A stretch of DNA of 64,000 nucleotides from Thermoplasmatota archaeon. GTDB taxonomy: Archaea; Thermoplasmatota; Penumbrarchaeia; Penumbrarchaeales; Penumbrarchaeaceae. The position numbers were made by a program, and so were the translations under genes. The notes under the pieces were generated by a model that made no database searches, had not been told where the DNA came from, and saw nothing but the letters and a program-made list of their open reading frames with translations. The stretch covers positions 14,603 through 78,602 of the forward strand of contig JARVGK010000006.1 of the NCBI GenBank assembly GCA_029762535.1. Reading direction: 5' to 3'. This document shows, one piece after another, positions 40,101-50,061 of this stretch. Position 1 is the stretch's first letter. Every line of letters begins with the position of its first letter.

Positions 40101-41354
40101 TCACCTCTTCTTGCGGGCCTTGATCTCGACGCTCGGGCTGAGATCGACAACGCTCTGACCCCTTACCAGGTCGTCGGGTATGGGCTTCTCCTTCTCGGAT
40201 ACGAGATCTGGAAAGAGGGTGTTCAATTTCTTTGTTTCGAAGGGGCCCGAACGTAACAGCTTCGGAGGGTCCGTGCTCATATCGAGCACCGTATGGCCTA
40301 TGCCGTAATGGGTAGGCCCTCCATCAACGGCTATTGTCACGGTTTCCCCCAGTTGCTTGAGCGCCTCCTGCATTGTAGAGGGTGGAGGCTGCCCATGGAT
40401 GTTCGCAGAAGTGCCACATATCTCTATCCTCTCCATCACCGCTTTCATGAAGATGTTCTCACCGTCGGCTAGAGAGACGGTCTTCAGATTGGATGTAACA
40501 TAGTCGGGCACCCGTTCCTTCTTCTTTATGAATATAATGGATATCGGCCCGTCCAATTCGTTCTCCAGCAATGCCATGGTTCTGTCATCGATCTTCGCGT
40601 AATCCGTGAAACGGCTTCTCGGGACTATCATGGTCAGAGGCATGTCCTCTCCGCGTTTCTTCATCGCGTAGATCCTCTTGATGGCCTCCGGACGTTTTAT
40701 TGAGGCGAAAAGCCCATAGGTTGTATCGAAGGGACCTAAAAGGACCTCCCCTCGATTCAACATCTCGACCACGGTATCGACATATTTTTCCTTTGCCGGA
40801 AATATCTTCACCTTTTCAACCTCCTTCATTCTATCATTGTCCTTGAAAGGTCTGCTCATCTCCGATATACCGCCCTTCTCTATAAGAAGGGGAAATAGTC
40901 CGCCTTTTTCGATAATATCCATTATGAAACCTTGAAGCGGGGGCAGCGGCGAATCCCAACCCTTGGTGATATTATGTAACCTGTTATCCTCTATCAGGAC
41001 GCTGTCACCGTCAGAGCAAGCATCGGGAAGGTCGGGGTCCTCGTAAAGCGGTATGCCGAGATTTATCAGGTTCCTCTTCATTATAGGGGCTATTGACTTG
41101 GCAATGACCGCTTTTATTCCCAGGAACCTCATGGCGTTTGAGGCATGCTCTCTTGAGGACCCCTTGCCGAAGTCCTCACCGGCGACGATCACATCGCCTT
41201 CTCTGACCCCGGAGGCGAACCCAGGATAATCCTGCTCAAGGCAATGAAGGGAATAATCCTCCTGTGGAAGATGCAGATACCTCGTAGGGGCCAGCGCATC
41301 GGTATCGATATTATCCCCCAAAAGCCATATCCTTCCCTTTGCGATCTGTTTCAA
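40101..41354 (-). CDS. Fusion: LeuD/HacB isomerase small subunit + YrdC/Sua5(TsaC)-like domain
   Basis: aa 1-160 carry NIDTD, FGKGSSREHA, RNLINLG, GGL; aa ~176-390 carry PFDTTYGL, KKR, TSAN, DGG, LRSG. Confidence 0.85.
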   Translation of the reverse strand: MKQIAKGRIWLLGDNIDTDALAPTRYLHLPQEDYSLHCLEQDYPGFASGVREGDVIVAGEDFGKGSSREHASNAMRFLGIKAVIAKSIAPIMKRNLINLGIPLYEDPDLPDACSDGDSVLIEDNRLHNITKGWDSPLPPLQGFIMDIIEKGGLFPLLIEKGGISEMSRPFKDNDRMKEVEKVKIFPAKEKYVDTVVEMLNRGEVLLGPFDTTYGLFASIKRPEAIKRIYAMKKRGEDMPLTMIVPRSRFTDYAKIDDRTMALLENELDGPISIIFIKKKERVPDYVTSNLKTVSLADGENIFMKAVMERIEICGTSANIHGQPPPSTMQEALKQLGETVTIAVDGGPTHYGIGHTVLDMSTDPPKLLRSGPFETKKLNTLFPDLVSEKEKPIPDDLVRGQSVVDLSPSVEIKARKKR

Positions 41355-42580
41355 GGCACCACCTCTGAAGGATGGGCTATAACGCCTTTTAGCGCGGATG
41401 CCGCCGCGACGGCGACACCGCTTAGGTATATCTTGCTCGTGGGATCTCCCATTCTACCCTTGAAGTTTCGATTGGTGGTAGAGATCGCCACCTCTCCTGC
41501 GGGGAGGACTCCGAGGAAACCTCCTGCACAAGGGCCACAAGTAGGCATCGATATTATCCCCCCAGCATCCATAATGGTCTTAACGTATCCCGCCCTGGCC
41601 GCCCGGGTGTATACCGATCTCGACCCGGGAACGACGAGCATCTTGACCTCTGGGTGGATCTTCTTTCCCTTCAGGATGTCCGCCAGGACCCTGAGATCGT
41701 CCATTCTTCCATTTGTGCATGAGCCAATGAAGACCTGATCTATCCTCTTTCCGGTATGATTGTAGACATCGTCCACTCGATCCGGGGAACCTGGCAAGGA
41801 TATCTGAGGTCCTCTGTCGGTCACATCGATATGCTCGGTCTCCCAGTCCCAATCCTTCGATCCTGGCCCTTCATCATCGCTTTCGTTCGTCAGCGCTGAT
41901 ATACAATCTATCTCCGATGCCATATTGGTGAGTGTCATCCTGGAATCGTTTCCGATCCAATTCAATATATCCCCCTTCATCTCGAGCGTTCTGCCGTTCG
42001 CCCCGCCCGGTCCGAGGTGCTTGATCATCATAAGCGCCAGGTCCTTTCCCTCGCACCATACGTCCGGGGTACCCTCGAAGTATATGCCAAGGGGTTTAGG
42101 AACCTGCAGCCAGAACTCCCCGGAGGCCATGGCGACGGCCAGGTCCGTGGACCCTATGGCCGTGCAGAACGCACCCAAAGCACCTCCGGTCGTTATATGG
42201 GAATCGGCGCCTATGACGAGATCACCCTTCTTGACCCGATCCCCCTCGAAGAGATGCACGTGACATATGCCCTCGCCCCATCCGATCAGGTTCGCTATTC
42301 CGTGACGGGATGAGAATTCTGTCATGGCCCGGCAGCTTTCGGCTGATTCAAGGTCCTTCGGCGGAGTGAAATGGTCCAGATAAAGGTATATCTTCTTGGC
42401 CGCCCTTAGATACGGGACACCTTTGGAGTCCAACATCCTCATCGCAGGTGGGGTTGTAACATCATGTCCCATTATATGGTCCGGGAAGAAAACACCGTAA
42501 TCCCCCGGGACGAGATCCCCTTCGATCATATGATCTGAGAGTATGGACAACGCCAATGAACCAAGTACATCCCCGTTCAT
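41351..42580 (-). CDS. leuC: 3-isopropylmalate/homoaconitate isomerase large subunit (LeuC/HacA)
   Basis: GICH, GADSH, GSCTNGR, CGPCAGG, NRNFKGRMG. Confidence 0.88.
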   Translation of the reverse strand: MNGDVLGSLALSILSDHMIEGDLVPGDYGVFFPDHIMGHDVTTPPAMRMLDSKGVPYLRAAKKIYLYLDHFTPPKDLESAESCRAMTEFSSRHGIANLIGWGEGICHVHLFEGDRVKKGDLVIGADSHITTGGALGAFCTAIGSTDLAVAMASGEFWLQVPKPLGIYFEGTPDVWCEGKDLALMMIKHLGPGGANGRTLEMKGDILNWIGNDSRMTLTNMASEIDCISALTNESDDEGPGSKDWDWETEHIDVTDRGPQISLPGSPDRVDDVYNHTGKRIDQVFIGSCTNGRMDDLRVLADILKGKKIHPEVKMLVVPGSRSVYTRAARAGYVKTIMDAGGIISMPTCGPCAGGFLGVLPAGEVAISTTNRNFKGRMGDPTSKIYLSGVAVAAASALKGVIAHPSEVVP

Positions 42581-43758
42581 TGGCAGTGCCTCCTCAGGGA
42601 TTTCAATTCGAAACCGTTGGCCCTTGCGAATTGTATAAGATCGTCCTCAGTATCGAACGGGCCTTTGTATGTGGTCGTCTCTTTTACCAGGTCCGTGAGC
42701 TTTATCAATTTCTCATCGTCCAATGTCAGATTGTTCTTCTCGAGGAAATGTCTCAGTGCCGCCTTTCCGGTATGCTTTCCGATCACGAACTGACCTTTAT
42801 GCAGTCCCATCTCCTCCGGGTCGATGATCTCGTAGGTCAGGGGGTTCTTTAGTACGCCATGAACGTGTATACCGGACTCGTGCTTGAAAGCGTTCTCTCC
42901 TATGAGAGGCTGCCATATCTGTATGTTCAGACCCATCTCGTTCTTCACGGTGTCGCATAGGTTGCCAAGTCTGTCCATCTTCAAATTGGTTTCCACGCCC
43001 AGATGCCTGATGTTGAACTTCAATACGACCGCTATCTGTTCTAGAGGGCAGTTCCCGGCCCTCTCTCCGATCCCGGTCACCGTGCAGTCTATCTGTCCCG
43101 CACCGGCCCTGACCGCCGATAAGGTGTTGGCAGTTGCCAATCCTAGATCGTTGTGGCAGTGTATGCCCACCGGAACCCTGTCCCCAACACACGAGCGGAC
43201 ATGCTGGATCATGAGAGAAATATGCTCGGGCATTGCACATCCGACCGTATCCGCGAGATTGACCACATCGGCTCCAGCTCTGACCCCTTCCTTCATAATG
43301 TTCCCCAGAAAGAACAGGTCGGACCTTGTCGCGTCCTCCGAGCTGAACTGAATGGAATCGAACTTACCCTTGGCGTACCTTATCGCGTTGATCATCTTGT
43401 TTATGACATCCAGGGGTTCCATCCTGAGTTTGTCCCTCATGTGTATCGGAGAGGTGGATACCCAGAGGTGGAGCCTTGACCTTCCCGCTCTGGAAAGGAC
43501 CTCCTGGCACATGTCGATCTCGGTCGTTATCGGCCTGCATAGAACAGCTACTGTGGAGTTCTCCACCTCCTTGGAGATCATCCTTATCGCATTTCTCTCT
43601 GATCCTCCGTTGGCCGGAAAACCTGCCTCAAGTACGTCCACTCCGGCCGAGTCCAAAGCACGGGCTATGTTCACCTTCTTTTCTGGGGTGAGGTGTATCC
43701 CTGGCGCCTGCTCACCATCCCTCAGAGTGGTATCGAATACCCTTAAATTCCTGACCAC
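42577..43758 (-). CDS. LeuA/homocitrate-synthase family DRE-TIM enzyme without regulatory domain
   Basis: DTTLRDGEQ, EDATR, DTVG, HCHNDLGLA, GERAGN, HESGIH, GKHTG; 393 aa. Confidence 0.9.
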   Translation of the reverse strand: MVRNLRVFDTTLRDGEQAPGIHLTPEKKVNIARALDSAGVDVLEAGFPANGGSERNAIRMISKEVENSTVAVLCRPITTEIDMCQEVLSRAGRSRLHLWVSTSPIHMRDKLRMEPLDVINKMINAIRYAKGKFDSIQFSSEDATRSDLFFLGNIMKEGVRAGADVVNLADTVGCAMPEHISLMIQHVRSCVGDRVPVGIHCHNDLGLATANTLSAVRAGAGQIDCTVTGIGERAGNCPLEQIAVVLKFNIRHLGVETNLKMDRLGNLCDTVKNEMGLNIQIWQPLIGENAFKHESGIHVHGVLKNPLTYEIIDPEEMGLHKGQFVIGKHTGKAALRHFLEKNNLTLDDEKLIKLTDLVKETTTYKGPFDTEDDLIQFARANGFELKSLRRHCQ

Positions 43759-43935
43759 GTATGGAACCCGCCGTTTCCTTGAAGCTCTTTAAACAATATA
43801 ATCCTGATGTTTAAGGCGGTGCCAGAGGTGGGCGAAAGTGAAAGTATTCCTCTTTCGCCGTTCCCTCCCCAATCCTTATTAACCATACGCTCATCAATGA
43901 ACAGATCCGAAGGTGCCTCGCCCCGGAGGTAGTAT

Positions 43936-44613
43936 ATGATAACGGAATATCAATTGGAAGAGGCCCTTCTCAACGGGTTCGAATATCCGGTAGCGCTCGT
44001 GGTCGAAGTGACGAAGCAGGGGATAGTCCTTTCGAAGATGCGCTATCTGAAAGCCGTTGGGGATGTGGTCAACGAAACGGTCAGATGTCCGTCGATGGTC
44101 ATGTATTGTCACATGGGCAAATTCATCGATCCTCATCTCATTGGACAGAGGACTGGACCTATGGGTATCGACCTCCTATACCTTATGGAGCTGAACAAGG
44201 GTCTCTTCAACGAGTCCGTCGATGCGATAAGGAGGGGGAGGTCGATGGTCAATACCAACAATCCAAGCACGAAGAACATTGCATCGGCCCTATTGGAGAA
44301 GATCAACACCAGGGACAGGATCAACTTCAACAGATTGACAGCTCAGGAACAAGGGCTGATACTCGAACCGTATGTCCATTACCTACTGAAAAGAGCCGGT
44401 TCCGGCAAGAGGAAATTGTTCCAGAACGTGGAACTGGTCGAAAGGGGCGGTCTGATAAAATGCCGTTCAGGCGATGAGATAATAAGGTTCAGGCCCACTC
44501 CCGCTCCGATGATGGAGCTTGATATACTCCTTGTTACCAATATGAACACGATGTCATCCATACTCAAGGACCTCGAGATGATGGGTTTCAAGAAGGAAAC
44601 CCTACAGTTCTAG
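43936..44613 (+). CDS. Hypothetical protein
   Basis: 225-aa ORF with GGAGGT RBS; no motif recognised. Confidence 0.7.
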   Translation: MITEYQLEEALLNGFEYPVALVVEVTKQGIVLSKMRYLKAVGDVVNETVRCPSMVMYCHMGKFIDPHLIGQRTGPMGIDLLYLMELNKGLFNESVDAIRRGRSMVNTNNPSTKNIASALLEKINTRDRINFNRLTAQEQGLILEPYVHYLLKRAGSGKRKLFQNVELVERGGLIKCRSGDEIIRFRPTPAPMMELDILLVTNMNTMSSILKDLEMMGFKKETLQF

Positions 44614-47042
44614 GTGTCCATATCGTTGCTGTAAAGCTTGGTGAACTTCCCGTCCTTCTTCATGTAGACCAGTCTCTTGTCCTTTATCGCCTTGATGTTA
44701 TAATTGACGGTGGATGTGCTGATCTCCATCTCCTCGGATAGCTCCTTCTGGCTGATCCCGGGCATGTTGATTATTCTCTCTAGCATCTTTCTTTGGAGAG
44801 GGGTTAGGTCCATCGGGCTCTCATCTATCTTGAACCCTGCCGGATAGAACCTTCTATAAAGGCCCTCCCTATGGCTCCTTACCAGGTTCTCCTTCTCCAG
44901 TGTGTAGAGATGGTGGGCTAGAGTACCGTTCTTAAGGTTGAGGTTCACCAGTATGGAGCGGAAGTGCTCACCTGGATGGTTCTGGACATATACGTATATC
45001 CTCCTTCTGAGCTTGTTGCCCAATAGATGTTCGGGTTTAAGTTTGCTGTACAACGGTATCATCATCGTAAAGAAGGAATACCTGAATGTATCGGAGGATA
45101 CCACCACCACGGCCAGTCCGGCGAATATGATGCTTAGGGCTATTCCAGATGCCATTATTCCAGGTCGTATGCCATCCATACCGACGGGTTCGGACGGGAC
45201 CTTAAGGGAGTCCACGTGTATCTCCTCAGACAGCTCGTTGTCGAGTATGGAGTCCTCCTTTACCCCGAATAGCAGCACCACGGCGCTTATGGACCTTGTC
45301 GATGGCCTTGCGGTCCAGTTGAACCAGAAGCTTGACACCTCGCCGCTCTGTAGTTTGGCGTCCATCCTTCCTATCTCGACCCTGGAATTGCTGAAGGTCA
45401 CCTCGTAAAGCACGATCATGAAGTTATCGACATCTATTGGACCGGTATTGGCCAATGTGACGTTCATCGGCACCGACTCGCCCTCCTGCAGGATCCTGTT
45501 TGGGATATCCAAGGATAGAATGGCGATGTTCGGAAGTTCCCTTATGAGCACATCACCGATGATGGAATCCACCATTACCCAGGAAGTGTCGTCAGCCGAG
45601 GGGGTAAGCAGTTCCAGGTCCATTTGGAAAGAGGCGGGCTGCAGGTTCTCCTTCAGTTCCAGTGAAATGATGACGGTTTGGGTCATACCGGCAGCTATGA
45701 CGAAATTCGAAGGAGTGATGTTCAACCTGTAGCATGATGGTATCCGTGATCCCTCGACCATGGCCATCTGTGATACGTATCCGGAGTTCTCTACTATAAG
45801 AAGCAGCTTGACCTCCTCATCCTTGTCGAAGGGGCCGCCTTCGACCGATCGTATGCTCATGTTCGTCAGGGGCTTGATCCGGACAAGTGTCTCGGAATCG
45901 ATCACCAGACCGTTGACGTTCATTCCACCGATGACCATGCTGAAGAAACCATTGGCTCCCAATGGCGGTGTGACCTTTACCTTGAACTCCATTCTTTCGT
46001 TGGCGGGGATCAGCTGAGGGGTGTCTGGGTTGAAAATGGAGACCCAACCCATCTGAGGCGAACCGTCCAGGACGGTCAGCCGCGGGGTGTAAACAGCGGA
46101 TTCCTGTCCGGTATTAATTGCATCGAAATCCAGAAGGAAGTCCCTGCCTTCCCTGACCTCGAGATATGGAACTCTCGCCTTTATCGTTACCGCTGAGGAT
46201 TGGATCACGTGAAAATGCACGGTCACGGATCCAGAACGTGTTCCGGTATCGAAAAGATCGGCGCCGTACGATCCTGAATAGATAGTAACGCTCAAGAGCG
46301 AGCCGACCACTGCTTTGGGGGATACGCCCACCAGAACCCTTATGAGCGCGTCCGTTCCGAATTTTCCGTGATCTAGCTGGTATTGGACGTATTCACCCTC
46401 CGGAAAGGAGATCTCCCATTCGCTCCTGTGCTCGGCGATCATAATCTCATACGAGTCCTTCATTGACCCCTTGTTCCTCAGGTCGAGGTCGAAGTAGAGT
46501 TTCTGCCCGGGATAGACGTCCATATTCTTCTCGGGGACGAATTCAGGCAGGATCATCAATTCATGGTCGAGGACCGAATCGATCCGGATGATGAGGATGA
46601 TGAAGCTCTTATCCCCTGAAGGGGATCCCATCCCTTCAACGCGTATCATGTGGTCCGCGTTCGGATCGAGACCTGGATATGGCAATACGTCCGGAACCTC
46701 TACGACCACTTTCGCATCCATCGTACCGTTGGCCGGTACTTCCACCGAGCTTGTCACATATGCGAGATATCCGGTGGGGATGTCCGTAAGTTTGAGCATC
46801 ACCGTCTGGTTCTCGGGGGAGAAGTTCTGCACCCAGATGGTGAAGGTGGTTATCTCCCCAGGGATCACCCTGTGCACTGGAAATCGATTCGGCGATGAAG
46901 TGGTCGGATCCCCGGGATCGGCATCTAACCTGATGCTACCCTCGTTGAACTCGCCCGAAGCGCTGGTCGTTCCGGAAATTAGGATGACCTGAACGAGCAA
47001 CAGGGTCAGTAACATCGCCGAACACTTGAGACGTTGGCCCAT
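44610..47042 (-). CDS. Membrane-anchored protein: extracellular Ig/CARDB-like domains, TM, C-terminal double winged HTH
   Basis: Signal peptide, repeated NxG Ig strands, TM, then RRRIYVYVQNHPGEHF..GTLAHHL and PGISQKELS..STVNYNI. Confidence 0.82.
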   Translation of the reverse strand: MGQRLKCSAMLLTLLLVQVILISGTTSASGEFNEGSIRLDADPGDPTTSSPNRFPVHRVIPGEITTFTIWVQNFSPENQTVMLKLTDIPTGYLAYVTSSVEVPANGTMDAKVVVEVPDVLPYPGLDPNADHMIRVEGMGSPSGDKSFIILIIRIDSVLDHELMILPEFVPEKNMDVYPGQKLYFDLDLRNKGSMKDSYEIMIAEHRSEWEISFPEGEYVQYQLDHGKFGTDALIRVLVGVSPKAVVGSLLSVTIYSGSYGADLFDTGTRSGSVTVHFHVIQSSAVTIKARVPYLEVREGRDFLLDFDAINTGQESAVYTPRLTVLDGSPQMGWVSIFNPDTPQLIPANERMEFKVKVTPPLGANGFFSMVIGGMNVNGLVIDSETLVRIKPLTNMSIRSVEGGPFDKDEEVKLLLIVENSGYVSQMAMVEGSRIPSCYRLNITPSNFVIAAGMTQTVIISLELKENLQPASFQMDLELLTPSADDTSWVMVDSIIGDVLIRELPNIAILSLDIPNRILQEGESVPMNVTLANTGPIDVDNFMIVLYEVTFSNSRVEIGRMDAKLQSGEVSSFWFNWTARPSTRSISAVVLLFGVKEDSILDNELSEEIHVDSLKVPSEPVGMDGIRPGIMASGIALSIIFAGLAVVVVSSDTFRYSFFTMMIPLYSKLKPEHLLGNKLRRRIYVYVQNHPGEHFRSILVNLNLKNGTLAHHLYTLEKENLVRSHREGLYRRFYPAGFKIDESPMDLTPLQRKMLERIINMPGISQKELSEEMEISTSTVNYNIKAIKDKRLVYMKKDGKFTKLYSNDMDT

Positions 47043-47153
47043 GGATGTAAAACCCCTTATGAACTATATAAAAGGTATAGTACACTTTAGTATTGATTAG
47101 CAACTGCTCTGGTTGAAATATAATGAGGGCATATCCATCCATGAGGGCTTGAA

Positions 47154-47723
47154 ATGGGCGACCCCTACGACATACTGGGCGTCAAGAAGGACGCAACGTT
47201 ACCAGAGATCAAGAGCGCCTACAAGAACCTGGCAAAGAAACTGCATCCGGACAAGACCGGGGCGAACCCAAGGGCGCTCGAGCAGATGAAGCTCGTGAAC
47301 GAGGCATATGCTTCGTTATGCTCCAACCTGCAAAGGGGATCCTCAATGACGGAGGATGAGCAGAAATATAACGAGGAGGTATGGAGGTCATATTCCAAAC
47401 AGGTAGAGGATTACTACAACCAGGTCCAGGAGTACATGGAGGCTCAGATGAAGGTGATCCGTTCAGAGAAGGAGAAACTGGATATTTACGAGAGACAGGT
47501 CAGATCCAGGGAGCAGGACCTGGATAGGACCAGGAAGGACCTGGAAACCCAAAGGGCCAGATACGGATCCATGCTTTCACGGGAGAAAGAGCTCAGGCGC
47601 AGGGAAGAATATATCGAAAAACGCGAGAACGAGCTCGATGAGCTGATGCTGTGCATATCGAGGTCCAATTCGATAGTGGTCGATCTGGTCCAGTCCTCCA
47701 AGTCTTTGAGGAACAGAAAATAA
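47154..47723 (+). CDS. J-domain (DnaJ-like) protein with coiled-coil tail
   Basis: DPYDILGV..IKSAYKNLAKKLHPDK..NEAY. Confidence 0.88.
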   Translation: MGDPYDILGVKKDATLPEIKSAYKNLAKKLHPDKTGANPRALEQMKLVNEAYASLCSNLQRGSSMTEDEQKYNEEVWRSYSKQVEDYYNQVQEYMEAQMKVIRSEKEKLDIYERQVRSREQDLDRTRKDLETQRARYGSMLSREKELRRREEYIEKRENELDELMLCISRSNSIVVDLVQSSKSLRNRK

Positions 47724-47728
47724 TGAGA

Positions 47729-49063
47729 TCATGTCCAATGTACGGTCGTGAGGAACTCGTCCCAGCTGGTGTCCCTGGAGAACATTATGTCCTCGTACTG
47801 CGGATTGTAGCTTGCGGACCTGTAGGGAATGTATATGGACACCCCATGAGCATCGGGATGTCCCCCGTTCTCGACATTCCTGAGTAGCAGGACGAGATCG
47901 TCTATACCCCTCATGATATCGCTTGCGATAGTGGTCCGAAGAGTACCGGCGCTGGGCTTGGAGAGCATATAGGCGAGGTCGTATAGGTCGTAATTTGTGT
48001 AAACGGCGATCCCGATCCAGTCCATCTGCCCCGAGAAGGATTCAGTATGCATGTCATCGGGCAGCTCAGGATGACCGATGACGGTGTTTATCAACAGCGC
48101 CTGGTTCAAGAGCTTCCCCGGTCCGGAGACCTTGCTCAGCAGATGCTTCGCCAGCGCATCGACGGATGCCGCTAGCTGTTCTACGTATGAGAGGTTGTAT
48201 ACGGCCATGACGTCGGAGTAATCCTCTTTGGGGATGAACGGAGGGGCCCTCCAGGGACCGAATGGCATGAACGTCTCACCCATCACTATGGCGAACTCTT
48301 CAGCGGACATGCCCGGATCCTCTGCCAAACGCCCCCAGCAAGCATCGTACTGCCAGTTGCCAGCCTCCCAAACTCCATTATCAGGGTCCGCTTCGGCCCC
48401 CCAGCCATAGGTCGAACCGCCAACGAAGTACTGGCACGTGTCCTTTAATTCGTAGGCGAACTCGATCATACCCACAAGGCAGCCCTCGGTTGAGAATATG
48501 TCCACTTTCCTTCCGGTGTGCTCCATGAATACCTCGCACACCCCCCTTATCTCCGGAAGGGATAGATGATCGTTCGATGACTCGTCCCAGCACATCCCTC
48601 TCCATCCCCCACCGTGGTTGGATAGGTGGATGTTGTACCTCCTCGCCGGATAGTTGTCAGCGCCCCACAACAGGAACTTGAGCAGATGTTCGGGATCGCC
48701 CATGTTCAATTCGTAGTGGGACCATTCGGGATCCACATCGGTCAGGTTCAGCTCGGTCGAGCCTCCTTTGCCTATCAAGAGGAGCTGAGTGTCGCCATCG
48801 TGTATGTTGTCGTTGACGCACAGCATGTTGACATCGGAGGAGTTCTCCACCATCTCTAGGTAGTGGATGTTGGTCTCCATCATGTAGAACTCGCCCAGAT
48901 TCCCGTCCCCGCACATCCAGAAGAAGGACGTCCACTCCTTCACAGCAGGTATTTCGTCCTCTTCTTCGGGCATATGCGCCCCCTGCCGTATCAAGAGAAA
49001 AAGCGCCCCCGATAGGATAAGAAGGGCCAAAGCCCCGGTAATGAGGAATCTCCTTTTATCCAT
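47729..49063 (-). CDS. Clostripain-family (C11) cysteine peptidase, N-terminally anchored
   Basis: ELNMGDP, YPARRY..SNHGGGW, EGCLVG..EFAYEL, GVSIYIP. Confidence 0.85.
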   Translation of the reverse strand: MDKRRFLITGALALLILSGALFLLIRQGAHMPEEEDEIPAVKEWTSFFWMCGDGNLGEFYMMETNIHYLEMVENSSDVNMLCVNDNIHDGDTQLLLIGKGGSTELNLTDVDPEWSHYELNMGDPEHLLKFLLWGADNYPARRYNIHLSNHGGGWRGMCWDESSNDHLSLPEIRGVCEVFMEHTGRKVDIFSTEGCLVGMIEFAYELKDTCQYFVGGSTYGWGAEADPDNGVWEAGNWQYDACWGRLAEDPGMSAEEFAIVMGETFMPFGPWRAPPFIPKEDYSDVMAVYNLSYVEQLAASVDALAKHLLSKVSGPGKLLNQALLINTVIGHPELPDDMHTESFSGQMDWIGIAVYTNYDLYDLAYMLSKPSAGTLRTTIASDIMRGIDDLVLLLRNVENGGHPDAHGVSIYIPYRSASYNPQYEDIMFSRDTSWDEFLTTVHWT

Positions 49064-49125
49064 AGTTACCGCACCGAGGATGTACGATAATAGTTTTTTC
49101 GTCATCTGTCGCAACGTTTCCCATA

Positions 49126-50013
49126 TTAGACCCCCCTACGTCCATACCTTCCGACAAGGTATATACCAGAGAGCGCCAGGGGTGCCCCTATGTAAAAGCC
49201 CGCCCAGGGTAGTTCACCCAGGAACAATATCGCAAGCAGCGTGGATCCGATAGGTTCCCCGAGAAGGGATACCGAGACGAAAGTGGGTGAGATGTACTTC
49301 AATGCCCAGTTGTATATTGTGTGGCCAAGTATCATGGGACCTATCGCCAGAGCAGCGAATATAATGTATTCGACCGGCTCACCCGGGACGAAATCTATCC
49401 CAAGGATGAGGATAGCGATCAAGAGGAAAAGGAACGCGGACCCGTACACGACGTTGGCGTATACTGGGAGTGAGACCCTCTTCCTGATCCTGCTTCCAGC
49501 AAGTATGTAGGTCCCTGCCATGATCGAACCGAGGATCGCAAGAAGGTCACCAACCAGAGCATGTCCTGACATGCCTATGTCGCTCAGGACGATAACTACG
49601 GAACCGAATATAGCTAGGGTCATCCCGGCTATGGCGAGTTTGTGCATTCGCTCCTTGAATGCCAGCACGGAGACGGAGGATACGAAGATCGGGTGAGTGG
49701 TCACCAGGAGGACGGAAGAAGATACTTTCGTGTACTGAAAGGACCAGATCCACGATGCGAAATGCACCGAAAGCACGAATCCAGTGAATATCATCAAGGC
49801 GGTGTCCTTCCTGCTCGGCCTGAAGCCTTCTTTATAGCTTCTAAGTGCGAAAGGGAGTAGGATCACGTATGCGATCAAAAGCCTCCAGAAAGCTATGACG
49901 AGAGGATGGCTGTTGGAGGATCTGATAAGTATCGCAGCCGTGGACACGGCAAGTATGGACAATAATATCCAGTACCTTGCACTGCCTTCGGAGAACAGGC
50001 GCGGATTCGCCAT
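49126..50013 (-). CDS. EamA/DMT family transporter
   Basis: About 10 TM, AFWRL, GDLLA, LGEPI. Confidence 0.9.
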   Translation of the reverse strand: MANPRLFSEGSARYWILLSILAVSTAAILIRSSNSHPLVIAFWRLLIAYVILLPFALRSYKEGFRPSRKDTALMIFTGFVLSVHFASWIWSFQYTKVSSSVLLVTTHPIFVSSVSVLAFKERMHKLAIAGMTLAIFGSVVIVLSDIGMSGHALVGDLLAILGSIMAGTYILAGSRIRKRVSLPVYANVVYGSAFLFLLIAILILGIDFVPGEPVEYIIFAALAIGPMILGHTIYNWALKYISPTFVSVSLLGEPIGSTLLAILFLGELPWAGFYIGAPLALSGIYLVGRYGRRGV

Positions 50014-50061
50014 CCCTACCGGATATATCGAACGTTATATAATAGATTCAGATTCAAGACC

